DNA of 64,000 nt, taken from NCBI GenBank assembly GCA_963724765.1, contig CAVRVY010000001.1, positions 992,001-1,056,000 on the forward strand, in the 5' to 3' direction. Under the pieces are notes generated by a model that was not told the origin of the DNA, made no database searches, and was given only the letters and a program-made list of their open reading frames with translations. The stretch comes from an uncultured delta proteobacterium. GTDB lineage: Bacteria > Desulfobacterota > Binatia > Binatales > Binataceae. Position numbers and translations under genes: made by a program. This document shows, piece after piece, positions 28,773 through 38,174 of this stretch; position 1 is the first letter of the stretch, and each line of letters opens with the position of its first letter.

Positions 28773-29375
28773 CTAGCGCGAGGCGGAGCCGTTCATCCGG
28801 CGCAACACTTCCTCGGTGAAGCTCAGCGTGAGTCCCCAGATGACCTGGTCGTTGTAGAAGATCGCCGGATGCTCGGTCACCTGTCCGTTGTCGCGCCGGA
28901 AGCGATAGGTGCCGCGGTAGCTCGAATCCTCCAGCGCGTTCATCGGGACGAAGAAGATCGCGGCGACCTCCTTCGGATCGGCGCGCAGGCCTTCGGTGGC
29001 CGGGATGACGCCGACGAAGGGCGTCACATAGATCTCGCTGGTGCGCGCCACCGACCCCTCGATGCCGCCCAGCACGTCGACGCTCGCCGGATCGATCCCC
29101 ACCTCTTCCTGCGCCTCGCGCAGCGCCGTGTGGAGCAGGCTTTCGTCGGTCGGATCGACCCGGCCGCCGGGAAATGCGACCTGGCCGCGATGGCTTTCGA
29201 CGTGATCGGAGCGCCGGATGTAGACCACGTGCAGATCGCCATCGAGCTCGAAGACAGGCATCAGCACCGCGGCGCCGCGTCCCGCGCCGGTGCGATGGCG
29301 CGCGAGCCGGTCGGCGGGCTCGAGGCCCTGGCGCAAACGGCCGATGCGCTGATTGATTCGTTCCCGTACGCTCAT
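28773..29375 (-). CDS. Nudix CoA pyrophosphatase
   Basis: HRGQVAFPGG, ALREAQEEVG and IWGLT motifs. Confidence 0.92.
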   Translation of the reverse strand: MSVRERINQRIGRLRQGLEPADRLARHRTGAGRGAAVLMPVFELDGDLHVVYIRRSDHVESHRGQVAFPGGRVDPTDESLLHTALREAQEEVGIDPASVDVLGGIEGSVARTSEIYVTPFVGVIPATEGLRADPKEVAAIFFVPMNALEDSSYRGTYRFRRDNGQVTEHPAIFYNDQVIWGLTLSFTEEVLRRMNGSASR

Positions 29376-29445
29376 GTATCAGTCCTGACTCGCAAATAAG
29401 ATAATGCGTCTGCGAAAGAGAGCCTGGCGGGTGTAAGCGATCACG

Positions 29446-30609
29446 ATGCGCTACCTGATTGGAAGATACCACGAAATCGCGCTCAAGGGGCGCAACCAGT
29501 GGCGCTTCGTTGATCAGTTGAAGAGCAACCTGCGCGCCGTCTTCGCCGACTTCAAGCTCGGCCCGATGCGTGGCGAGGGTCCGCGCCTCATCGTCGAGTT
29601 GCCCGAAGAGATCGACGAGGAGATCGCCGCCGAGCGCGCCGCGCTGCTTTTCGGGCTGCAGAACTTCTCGCTGAGCCGCCCGGTTGCGCGTGATATCGAG
29701 GAGATAAAACGCGAGGCGATCGTGATCGCGCGCGCACATCGGAGCGCCGAGAGCTTTCGCGTACGCTCGACGCGCGCCGACAAGCACTTTGGGCTCAACT
29801 CGATGGAAATCGACCAGGCGGTCGGCGCCGCGGTCAAGGACGACGTCGGACTTAAAGTAAACCTTGAGAATCCTGCGCTGGTCATCACGGTCGAAATTCT
29901 TCCCGACGCCGCCTATATTGCGGCCGGCAAACGGCCAGGCGCCGGCGGCCTGCCCGTGGGCATCACGGGACACGGAGTGGCGCTGCTCTCCGGCGGAATC
30001 GACTCGCCGGTCGCCGCGCATCGCATGATGCGCCGCGGTCTCAGGCTCGATTTTGTCCACTTCCACAGTCATCCGCTGGTCTCGGCGGCGAGCCGCGAGA
30101 AGGCGACCGAATTGGCCGAGCATCTCACTCGCTATGAGGCCCGATCGACGCTGATGCTGGTGGCGTTCGCCGACATCCAGCGCGAGATCGTGGCGCGCGG
30201 ACCGCGTCCGTTGCGCGTGGTGCTCTACCGCCGCTTCATGGTGCGGATTGCGGCCGCGCTGGCCCGGCGCTCGGGCGCGCGCGTGCTGGTGACGGGCGAG
30301 AGCCTAGGCCAGGTCGCTTCGCAGACGCTGGAGAACATGACGGTAATCGAGGAGGCCGCTCTGCTGCCGATGGTGCGCCCGCTGGTCGGAATGGATAAGA
30401 ACGAGATCGTCGACCAGGCGCGCGCACTTGGCACTTTCGAGACCTCGATTCAGCCGGACCAGGACTGCTGCTCGCTGTTCGTTCCCGCGCATCCCGAGAC
30501 CCACGCCAACCTCGACGATGTGCGCGCGGCTGAGAGCGTGCTCGAAGTCGAGACGATGGTGGCCGACGCGGTGCGCAAGGCGGAGATCGTCCGCCTGAGG
30601 TTTCCGTAG
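29446..30609 (+). CDS. thiI: tRNA 4-thiouridine synthase (no C-terminal rhodanese)
   Basis: YHEIALKG, THUMP domain, LLSGGIDSPVA, TGESLGQVASQT and DCC motifs. Confidence 0.95.
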   Translation: MRYLIGRYHEIALKGRNQWRFVDQLKSNLRAVFADFKLGPMRGEGPRLIVELPEEIDEEIAAERAALLFGLQNFSLSRPVARDIEEIKREAIVIARAHRSAESFRVRSTRADKHFGLNSMEIDQAVGAAVKDDVGLKVNLENPALVITVEILPDAAYIAAGKRPGAGGLPVGITGHGVALLSGGIDSPVAAHRMMRRGLRLDFVHFHSHPLVSAASREKATELAEHLTRYEARSTLMLVAFADIQREIVARGPRPLRVVLYRRFMVRIAAALARRSGARVLVTGESLGQVASQTLENMTVIEEAALLPMVRPLVGMDKNEIVDQARALGTFETSIQPDQDCCSLFVPAHPETHANLDDVRAAESVLEVETMVADAVRKAEIVRLRFP

Positions 30610-30627
30610 CCGCGGATGCGATCGGCG

Positions 30628-31872
30628 CTAACCGAAGAACCGCAGCCAGGCGATATCGATGGCGAGCGTGATGATCGTGACCGGCAGGCCGACCTTCAGA
30701 TAGTCGACGAAGGTTATCGTGATACCTTCGCGGTGCGCCTGTTCGATCACGATGAGGTTGGCGATCGATCCGAGCAGGGTCAGATTGCCGGCCAGCGTGC
30801 TGGCGCTCGCGAGCACCAGAGCCGTGCTCATGCCTTGACTGATCTGCGAATAGATCGGCTTGAAGAGCAGCACCGCGGGAACGTTGCTGACCAGGTTGGA
30901 GAGCACCGCGGCGACCACGGAGAGCGTCGCGACGCTTTTCAGCCGCTCGGGTCCCGCTGCCGCCACCAGTTTCTCCAGCAGGCCGGTGGTCTCGGCGCCT
31001 CTGACCACGATGAACAGTCCGGCGAACATCACCAGCAGCGTCCAGTCGATCTGCTCGTAAATTGACCGCGGCTGCGTGCGCCGCGTGAACAGCAGCGCGG
31101 CGCCGCCGCCCAGCGCCACCAGGTGGGTCGGATAGCCCATCGCGAACAGCACCAGCACGGCGCCTGCGACGATCGATGACTTGACGAGATGGTAGCGGCG
31201 CTCCGGCGGCGGCGCGGGCAAATGCAGGTCATCACGCCGCCCGACGCGGCTTAGGCGGCCATGATAGAGCCAGGCGATAACGGCATAGTCGACCAGCAGG
31301 CCCGCCAGCGCGACCGGCGCCAGGCGAATCGCGAAGGCCGAATAACCGATACCAGCGAAGCCGGCGACGATCATGTTCTGCGGATTGCCGGTGATGGTCG
31401 CGACGCTGCCGATATTGCTGCCGGTGGCGAGCGCGATCAGGAGCGGCGCGGCGTCGATTTCGAGGATGCGCGCGACCTCGATGAGCGGGCTCGCCAGCGA
31501 CAGGCAGACCACGTCATTGATGAAAAATGCCGCCAGTACTCCTGAGGCGAGCACCGTCATCGCGAGCAATCCGTAGCCGGCGTGTGCGCGCTCCAGGAGC
31601 CATCGCGCGACCAGCGCGAAGGCGCCCGAGACGCGCAGGTTGGCCACGATGATCATCATCCCGAGCAGCAGCACGAGAGTATGAAAGTCGATCGCGGCCA
31701 GCGCCTTGGACTCGCTGAGCGATCCTGTCACCACCATCAACAGTGCGCCCGCGAGCGCCGCCCCGGTGCGGTCGAGCTTGAGTCCGGGAAAATTGCCGAC
31801 CGCGAACACCAGGTAGGTGAATACGAAGATCGCGAGCGGCACGGCGAGGCGTAGGTCCACCGATGGCATCAT
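30628..31872 (-). CDS. Anion transporter (ArsB/NhaD/citrate family)
   Basis: FFINDVVC, GNPQN, SNLVSNVPAV and GSIANLIV motifs; many TM segments. Confidence 0.9.
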   Translation of the reverse strand: MMPSVDLRLAVPLAIFVFTYLVFAVGNFPGLKLDRTGAALAGALLMVVTGSLSESKALAAIDFHTLVLLLGMMIIVANLRVSGAFALVARWLLERAHAGYGLLAMTVLASGVLAAFFINDVVCLSLASPLIEVARILEIDAAPLLIALATGSNIGSVATITGNPQNMIVAGFAGIGYSAFAIRLAPVALAGLLVDYAVIAWLYHGRLSRVGRRDDLHLPAPPPERRYHLVKSSIVAGAVLVLFAMGYPTHLVALGGGAALLFTRRTQPRSIYEQIDWTLLVMFAGLFIVVRGAETTGLLEKLVAAAGPERLKSVATLSVVAAVLSNLVSNVPAVLLFKPIYSQISQGMSTALVLASASTLAGNLTLLGSIANLIVIEQAHREGITITFVDYLKVGLPVTIITLAIDIAWLRFFG

Positions 31873-32045
31873 CGGGTGGCCTTCGCCGCCGGTCAAGCCG
31901 TTGTCCCGCGCCGGTTCCTAGTGGCCGTTCACACTTGAGCGCGCGCGGCGCTATAGTCTTTGGCGGCCGGCATCGACGCAGCCGCGCTGGGTCGGCGATT
32001 GGCTTGCGTTGTGGGTGGCAGCGCAAGATCCGGCCGGGAGGGGAC

Positions 32046-33086
32046 ATGATCTTTCGCGAATTGAACAACGCCAAGTGCAAGACCTACCTGCTCGCCTCCG
32101 AAAGCATGGAGCGCGCGGTGATAATCGATCCGCTCAAGGACCGCGTCGAGCGCTACCTCGGCGTGCTGGCGTACCATCGGCTCAAGCTCGATTTGATCGT
32201 CGACACCCATACGCACGCCGACCATCGCAGCGGCGCGCACGAGCTCTCGGAGCTCACGGACACTCCGGTTGCGATGCATCGGCGGGCCCCGGCGCCGCAC
32301 GTCACGATGCACCTCGAGGACGGCCAGCGGCTGATCGTCGGCGACTTCGAGCTCAAGGTGCTCTACACGCCCGGCCATACTCCCGATTCGCTAAGCCTCT
32401 ACGCCGAGGACCGTGTCTTCACCGGCGATTGCCTGCTCATTCACGGTACCGGGCGCGCCGACTTCGCGGGCGGCGACGCGGGCGAGCAGTACGACTCGAT
32501 CACGCGCAGACTGTTCACGCTTCCTGATTCCACCCTGGTCTACCCGGCGCACGACTACCGCGGCCATAACCATTCCACGATCGGCGAAGAGAAGGGCTCC
32601 AATCCGCGCGTGGCCGGACGCTCGCGCGAGGCCTACGTCGAGCTGATGAACAATCTCGGATTGCCCCTGCCCGAGGGGATCCAGGAGGCGCTGCAACCCA
32701 ATCAGACCGAGATCGAAGCCGCTGCGATCCACTTTCCCACGCTCGCCCAGCTCAACTCGGTGCGCCAGCTTTCGCCGGCCGAAGTCGCCGAACGCGTCAA
32801 CAGTACGGCCGCGCCGCTGTTGCTCGACGTGCGCGAGCCTGACGAATACGCGGGCGAGCTTGGGCATATCGCGGGCGCGCGGCTCATCCCGCTGCGCGAG
32901 CTGCCTGAACGCGCGGAGGCGGAACTTGCGCCCTTCAAAGATAAAGACCTCGTGGTGATCTGCCGCGCGGGCGTGCGCAGCGTGACCGCGGCGGCGATTT
33001 TGACCGGTCTCGGCTTCGAGAAGGTCTACAGCATGAAGGGCGGGATGCTCGATTGGGACGACGCGCGCCTGCCCGTCGAGCGCTAG
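32046..33086 (+). CDS. Persulfide dioxygenase (ETHE1-like MBL) fused to rhodanese
   Basis: THTHADH, TPGHT, GRADF and PAHDY; C-terminal DVRE...CRAGVRS...GGM. Confidence 0.9.
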   Translation: MIFRELNNAKCKTYLLASESMERAVIIDPLKDRVERYLGVLAYHRLKLDLIVDTHTHADHRSGAHELSELTDTPVAMHRRAPAPHVTMHLEDGQRLIVGDFELKVLYTPGHTPDSLSLYAEDRVFTGDCLLIHGTGRADFAGGDAGEQYDSITRRLFTLPDSTLVYPAHDYRGHNHSTIGEEKGSNPRVAGRSREAYVELMNNLGLPLPEGIQEALQPNQTEIEAAAIHFPTLAQLNSVRQLSPAEVAERVNSTAAPLLLDVREPDEYAGELGHIAGARLIPLRELPERAEAELAPFKDKDLVVICRAGVRSVTAAAILTGLGFEKVYSMKGGMLDWDDARLPVER

Positions 33087-33128
33087 AGATCCGGAGCGCA
33101 CGGGGATCAGGGATCGCCAGGGATCGAG

Positions 33129-34349
33129 ATGACAGCGAGGAGAGCTTGCGCGAAGGTTAGCGATAGACACGTCCGGCTGCTCGCCCTGGCGCTGGTCAAC
33201 CTGGCGCTGTTCCTTACCGGATGCGGTCAGTCGCCGCAGAGCCTGGCCACGCGGTATCTCGCCGACCTGCAGCAGTTCAACTACCCGGCCTGCTACGCGA
33301 CGCTCACCGACGAGGACCGCGCCGCGCGCCCGCTTATGCAGTTCCTGACCGAGATTCCGCTGGCGCCCGACGTCGATCCGATCTGGTTTCGCGCTATCCT
33401 TTTCAGTACGCGCTACGAAGTCGGCCAGCCGCAGGTCAACGGCGAGCGCGCAGTGGTGCCGGTCAAGGTCACGATGCCCGATCTCACGCTGTGGGAGCGG
33501 ACGATCGACGCCAAGGCGGGTCCGCAGGATTCGCTCAACGCCGCCGCCGACAAGTCGCTCGAGGCCGGCCTCTATCCCAAGATCAGGTTCGAAGACGCGC
33601 TGGTGATGGTCAAGCAGCAGCATCAATGGCGCGTGGTGGCGGACTTCGCGCGCCGCGACCTGATCCGCGACGGCAATCGCGAGGCCGTCGGCATCTACCA
33701 TCGGCAGGACTATTCCCGGGCGGCGGCGGCCTACCAGGCATTGATCGATCAGCTCGGCAAGCAGGAGTTCAGCGGCAGCCGCGGACTGGAGTTCTTTTTC
33801 AAGCGCAGGCTCAAGATGATCGAAGACCTCCAGGCGCAGCTCCCGGCGGCACGCGCGTACATCCCCAGGCTCGTGCTCAGCGACGTCGCGGTGAAAATGT
33901 CAGAGACGCGCGTGCCAGCGATCTTCGGCCGCATCAATAACGCCGGCGACCGCGGCGTGGACGAGGTGCGGCTGACGGTGACCTACTACGCGGGGCGCGG
34001 CGCCCAAAGCAAGCTGCTTTACCAGGAGAGCCACAGCGTCGTCGTGACGCCAATCGAATTCACCGGTTTTGTCCGCCCGGTGCTGCCTTTCGTGCCTGGC
34101 GAGACCCGTGACTTCGGCTTCGAGCTGGTCGCGCCGGCGCAGATCCAACAGCAATCCGAACCGACTCTGACGGTGGGCTCGATTGTTTTCACGCAATCCA
34201 AGGCGCCGCTGCCAAGGCTCGCGATCGAAAACCTCGCTCCGGCGGCGCCGCAGCCCTCGGGGGCGCCGTCATCCGCACCTATGCGGTCCTCGCCGGCGCC
34301 TTCCACGCCGGCGCCGCCCCGGCCGCGCGCGACGCCGGGTCCGCACTAG
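33129..34349 (+). CDS. Hypothetical lipoprotein
   Basis: Lipobox LTGC; Pro-rich tail. Confidence 0.75.
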   Translation: MTARRACAKVSDRHVRLLALALVNLALFLTGCGQSPQSLATRYLADLQQFNYPACYATLTDEDRAARPLMQFLTEIPLAPDVDPIWFRAILFSTRYEVGQPQVNGERAVVPVKVTMPDLTLWERTIDAKAGPQDSLNAAADKSLEAGLYPKIRFEDALVMVKQQHQWRVVADFARRDLIRDGNREAVGIYHRQDYSRAAAAYQALIDQLGKQEFSGSRGLEFFFKRRLKMIEDLQAQLPAARAYIPRLVLSDVAVKMSETRVPAIFGRINNAGDRGVDEVRLTVTYYAGRGAQSKLLYQESHSVVVTPIEFTGFVRPVLPFVPGETRDFGFELVAPAQIQQQSEPTLTVGSIVFTQSKAPLPRLAIENLAPAAPQPSGAPSSAPMRSSPAPSTPAPPRPRATPGPH

Positions 34350-34353
34350 ACAA

Positions 34354-35277
34354 TTGGCTACTCGTCTCACGCTCGCGGTTCCCACTCATAATCGCGCGGC
34401 CACGCTCGGCGAAACCCTGGCGAGCCTCGCGGCGCAGAGTCTGCCCGCGGGTGGGGAGGCGGAATGCATCGTGATCGATAACAACTCGACCGACCGCACT
34501 CCCGCGGTGGTCGCGGCGGCCGCCGCACGCGCGCCGTTTGCGATGCGCCGCGTGTTCGAGGCGCGCCCCGGCTCGAGCTTCGCGCGCAACCGCGCGGTCG
34601 ACGAGGCGGCGGGCGACTTTATCCTGTTCATCGACGACGACGCGGTAGCCGATTCCAACTGGGCGGCGCTGATGCTGGACGCGATGGAGCGGCGCGGACT
34701 CGACGCGGCGTGCGGGATGGTGCTGCCGCGATGGGAAGTCATGCCGCCGCGATGGCTGGGGCCGTCGTTGTACGTGCGCTTCGCGGTGCACGACCAGCAC
34801 GCGATCGCGGCCGCGCCCCTTAAGGACGCCGAAGTTCTGCGCAACTACTTCAGCGCCAATGCCGGCTTTCGCCGCGAGTGCTTTACGCGCTTCGGCCGTT
34901 TCCGCGAGGACCTGGGCGTGGTCGGCGGCAACCCGATCTCTGGCGAGGACACGGAACTGTTCGCGCGGATCATCGAGGGCGGCGGCGCGATGGGTTTCGT
35001 TGCCGAGGCGCGGGTTCATCACCTGGTGCCGGCCACGCGTATGAATCCCAAGTACCTGCGGCACAAGGCCTTCGCCTTCGGTGTGGGTACGGCGCAGGCG
35101 GGCGGCCGGAGCCATAATCATCTCGACAAGCTGCTCCGCAACGCGATACGGATGGCGGCGGCGGCGGCGCGCGGCGATCGTGAACGCGCGCTCTGCCACG
35201 AGTTGGAGTGCGCGAACTTCTTCGGCTACTGGTGGGGGCGGCTTCCCAAGCGCGCTGCGCCGCCGGCGAGCCGTTGA
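34354..35277 (+). CDS. Glycosyltransferase family 2
   Basis: VPTHNR, DNNSTD, ARN, FIDDD and GEDTE motifs; TTG start. Confidence 0.9.
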   Translation: MATRLTLAVPTHNRAATLGETLASLAAQSLPAGGEAECIVIDNNSTDRTPAVVAAAAARAPFAMRRVFEARPGSSFARNRAVDEAAGDFILFIDDDAVADSNWAALMLDAMERRGLDAACGMVLPRWEVMPPRWLGPSLYVRFAVHDQHAIAAAPLKDAEVLRNYFSANAGFRRECFTRFGRFREDLGVVGGNPISGEDTELFARIIEGGGAMGFVAEARVHHLVPATRMNPKYLRHKAFAFGVGTAQAGGRSHNHLDKLLRNAIRMAAAAARGDRERALCHELECANFFGYWWGRLPKRAAPPASR

Positions 35278-35352
35278 ACGCGCCGGGAGCGTGTCTTTTC
35301 AGCCGCCGATTATGAAGTCATAATCGTAGGCGACAATTTGCCGAGGCAATCG

Positions 35353-35841
35353 ATGAGTCTCAGGGACAAACTGCTGAGCGAGACCCGTCAGGATCGCGAG
35401 GCGCGCGAGCGTCAGGAGGCCGAGGAGCGTTCGCAAGGGGTTTTGCACAAGATGGTGGAAGCGATGCGGTCGCTCTGCCATCTGGTAGCCAACGACTTCC
35501 TGGGTGAGTACGAAAAAGAGCGTCTGGCGACGGTCCGGCCGCTCACGATGAAGATGGAAAACCCGGCGCTGAAGGGCGTCTTTTTTCCCTATCTTGCGGT
35601 CGTCGCGCGGAGCGTCGAGGTGACCCTCAAGCCGGTCGGTCCTGTGTTTGGCATTCCATTCCGCGCGGACCTGTCAAATGAGTCGGCGACTTATGCACTG
35701 CTGTGGGATGGTGCCGGGACCCTGGTGCACAACTGGAAAATCGCTAGCGTGGACAAGGACGCCGTCCTTCAACGCGAGCAGGCCAAGGTGCTTACCAAGG
35801 AGAATTTCGAGGCAGCGTTCGAGAAACTCCTCGGCTTCTAA
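35353..35841 (+). CDS. Hypothetical protein
   Basis: Open frame with protein-like composition and a coiled N-terminus. Confidence 0.65.
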   Translation: MSLRDKLLSETRQDREARERQEAEERSQGVLHKMVEAMRSLCHLVANDFLGEYEKERLATVRPLTMKMENPALKGVFFPYLAVVARSVEVTLKPVGPVFGIPFRADLSNESATYALLWDGAGTLVHNWKIASVDKDAVLQREQAKVLTKENFEAAFEKLLGF

Positions 35842-36012
35842 CGAATCCTCCTTTTCATCTTGAGCGACGCGACTCTGCGAAGTCCTTCGACTGCGGCAGA
35901 CTGAAGAAAGAAAGCTCTACCGAAGAGGCAGACTCGCTGCGCTTCAGGAGGGCCGCGGACGGCCGGTGCTGCACCGAGGGCATTTCGTGAGCGGCCCTCG
36001 GTATTCAGATTT

Positions 36013-36429
36013 CTACTTCAGATAATCCAGCATTCCGCGCCGCAGCATCCCTTCCAGGTAAGGAATCACGTCGCTCATCCGCGCGAGCGCGTCCACCGTT
36101 ACCCATCGGCCTTCGGCGTGCTCGCCAGGCATGAGGACAAGTTCGCGGCGCGCATCCGCCGGCCGGCATGCGAAAAGCGCCTGCACGTACGGATCCGGCG
36201 GCTCCTTGTAGAGCCCGAGCGCGCGCTCGATCTCAATCGCAAGTCCGGTCTCCTCGCCGACTTCGCGCGCGAGGCACTCCTCGAAGCTCTCGCCGAGCGT
36301 CAGATGGCCGCCGGGGAGGTCCCAATGGCCCGGCCGGTACGGCATCCGGGCCGCGCGCCGCAGCACCACTAGGCGTCCGCGGTCGGCGATTATGCCGTGT
36401 ACTCCGATCCAAAACTGCGACTCCGCCAT
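36013..36429 (-). CDS. Nudix hydrolase (MutT-like)
   Basis: WDLPGG...GESFEECLAREVGEETG Nudix box. Confidence 0.9.
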   Translation of the reverse strand: MAESQFWIGVHGIIADRGRLVVLRRAARMPYRPGHWDLPGGHLTLGESFEECLAREVGEETGLAIEIERALGLYKEPPDPYVQALFACRPADARRELVLMPGEHAEGRWVTVDALARMSDVIPYLEGMLRRGMLDYLK

Positions 36430-36570
36430 CTGATTTCCGCTCTGCGCGTCTGTGCTCTGCGCGTCTCTCTTCGGTTCGTGTGAAAAGCGTGCGTCCAGAG
36501 TAATCGCGCGGTACGGCCTGCGCCAGCATGGCGCACGCGTCGCGCATCGGCGCGGCGGAGCGCGCCGGCG

Positions 36571-38172
36571 TCAGCGGGGGCGGATGGGGCCGCGCGGCGC
36601 GCGGCCCCATCCGCCCCCGCCGGGAGTTTCGATTCGCACGCGCTCGCCCGCCGCCAGCCGCTCGTTGGCCTTGCCGGGCAGCCGGAGTCGCCGCCCATCG
36701 CGCACCAGGTAATTCGCGCCGGACTTGCCGGGACCGCCGCCGGCAAGCCCCCACGGCTGTGTGATGCGCCGGTCGGTCAGCAGGCTCAGCGTCGCCGGCA
36801 CCAGGCACTCCAGCTCGCGAATCAGTCCGTCGCCGCCCGGGGCCGCGCCGCGGCCGCCGGAGCCGCGCCGCACCCGGTACTCGGTGACGCGCATCGGGTA
36901 GTATGCTTCCAGCGCCTCGATCGGCGTGTTGAGCGTGTTGGTCATGTGCGTATGAAGGCCGGCGGCGCCCGGATGGCCGGGGGCCGCGCCGGCGCCGCCG
37001 GCGATCGTTTCGTAGTAAGAGAAATGCCGCGCGCGGATCGAGTCGTAGCCGCCGAGTGTCATGTTCGACATCGAGCCCGAGCTTGCCGCCGGGATGCAGT
37101 CGGGCGCGGCAGCGGCCAGCGCGCGCAGCAGAACATCCACGATTCGCTGCGAAGTCTCGACGTTGCCGCCCGCCACCGCGGCGGGTGCGAGCGCGTTAAC
37201 GATCGAACCGGGCGGCGCGATCACCCGGATCGGCCGCATCAGCCCCTCATTCGCCGGCACCGCCTCCGCGGCCAGGCATTTCATCACGTAGAAGGTCGCC
37301 GACAGCGTGATCGCGTAGTTGGCGTTCACCGAGCCGCGCACCTGCGGCGCGGAGCCGGTGAAATCGACGATCGCGCGACCGCCGCCGATCCGAATCGCAA
37401 CCCGGATTGCGATCGGTCCAGTGCCGACGCCGTCGTCGTCAAGGTAATCGACCGCGCCGTATAGACCCGGCCGCAGACGGCGAAGCGTCGCGCGCATCAG
37501 GCGGTCCGCGTAATCCTTTAGCGCCGCCATCGCCGCAGCCACCTGCGCTCGCCCGCTTGTCGCCACCAGCCCGCGCAGCCGCTCGGCGCCGATGTTGAGC
37601 GCCGCGATTTGCGCGCGCAGGTCGCCCTCGCGTTCCTCGCGCACTCGCGTGTTGGCGAAGAACAGTTCCAGCACGTCGCGCGCCGGCTTGCCCGCGCGCA
37701 CCAAGTGAACCGGCGGCAGGCGGAAGCCCTCCTGGTAAATCTCGGTGGAGAGCGCCATCGAGCCCGGCGCCATCCCGCCGATATCCGCGTGATGGGCGCG
37801 GTTGGCGGCGAACGCGAATGGGTGGCGCTCGTTGCCAAGGAAGATCGGCGCTACCAGGGTCAGGTCCGGCAGATGCGTTCCGCCCGCGAATGGATCATTG
37901 ACCGCGGCAACGTCGCCCGGGCCGAGCTCCAGCCGTTCGATCGCGGCGCGCACGGAAAGCGGCGTGGAGCCGAGATGCACTGGAATATGCGCGGCCTGCG
38001 CGACCAGTTCACCGCCGCCGTCGAACAGCGCGCACGAAAAATCATGGCGCTCCTTGATGTTGGGCGAGAAGCCAGTCTGGCCCAGCACGACGCCCATCTC
38101 CTCGGCGATTGCGGCGAGGCGGTTGTTCATCACCGCAAGCGTCACCGGATCGAGACTCATCGCGCGCTTCAT
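36571..38172 (-). CDS. Hydantoinase B/5-oxoprolinase family
   Basis: SPNIKERHDFSC, HIPVHLG, NDPFAGGTHLPD and TPGGGG motifs. Confidence 0.95.
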   Translation of the reverse strand: MKRAMSLDPVTLAVMNNRLAAIAEEMGVVLGQTGFSPNIKERHDFSCALFDGGGELVAQAAHIPVHLGSTPLSVRAAIERLELGPGDVAAVNDPFAGGTHLPDLTLVAPIFLGNERHPFAFAANRAHHADIGGMAPGSMALSTEIYQEGFRLPPVHLVRAGKPARDVLELFFANTRVREEREGDLRAQIAALNIGAERLRGLVATSGRAQVAAAMAALKDYADRLMRATLRRLRPGLYGAVDYLDDDGVGTGPIAIRVAIRIGGGRAIVDFTGSAPQVRGSVNANYAITLSATFYVMKCLAAEAVPANEGLMRPIRVIAPPGSIVNALAPAAVAGGNVETSQRIVDVLLRALAAAAPDCIPAASSGSMSNMTLGGYDSIRARHFSYYETIAGGAGAAPGHPGAAGLHTHMTNTLNTPIEALEAYYPMRVTEYRVRRGSGGRGAAPGGDGLIRELECLVPATLSLLTDRRITQPWGLAGGGPGKSGANYLVRDGRRLRLPGKANERLAAGERVRIETPGGGGWGRAPRGPIRPR

Positions 38173-38174
38173 CG

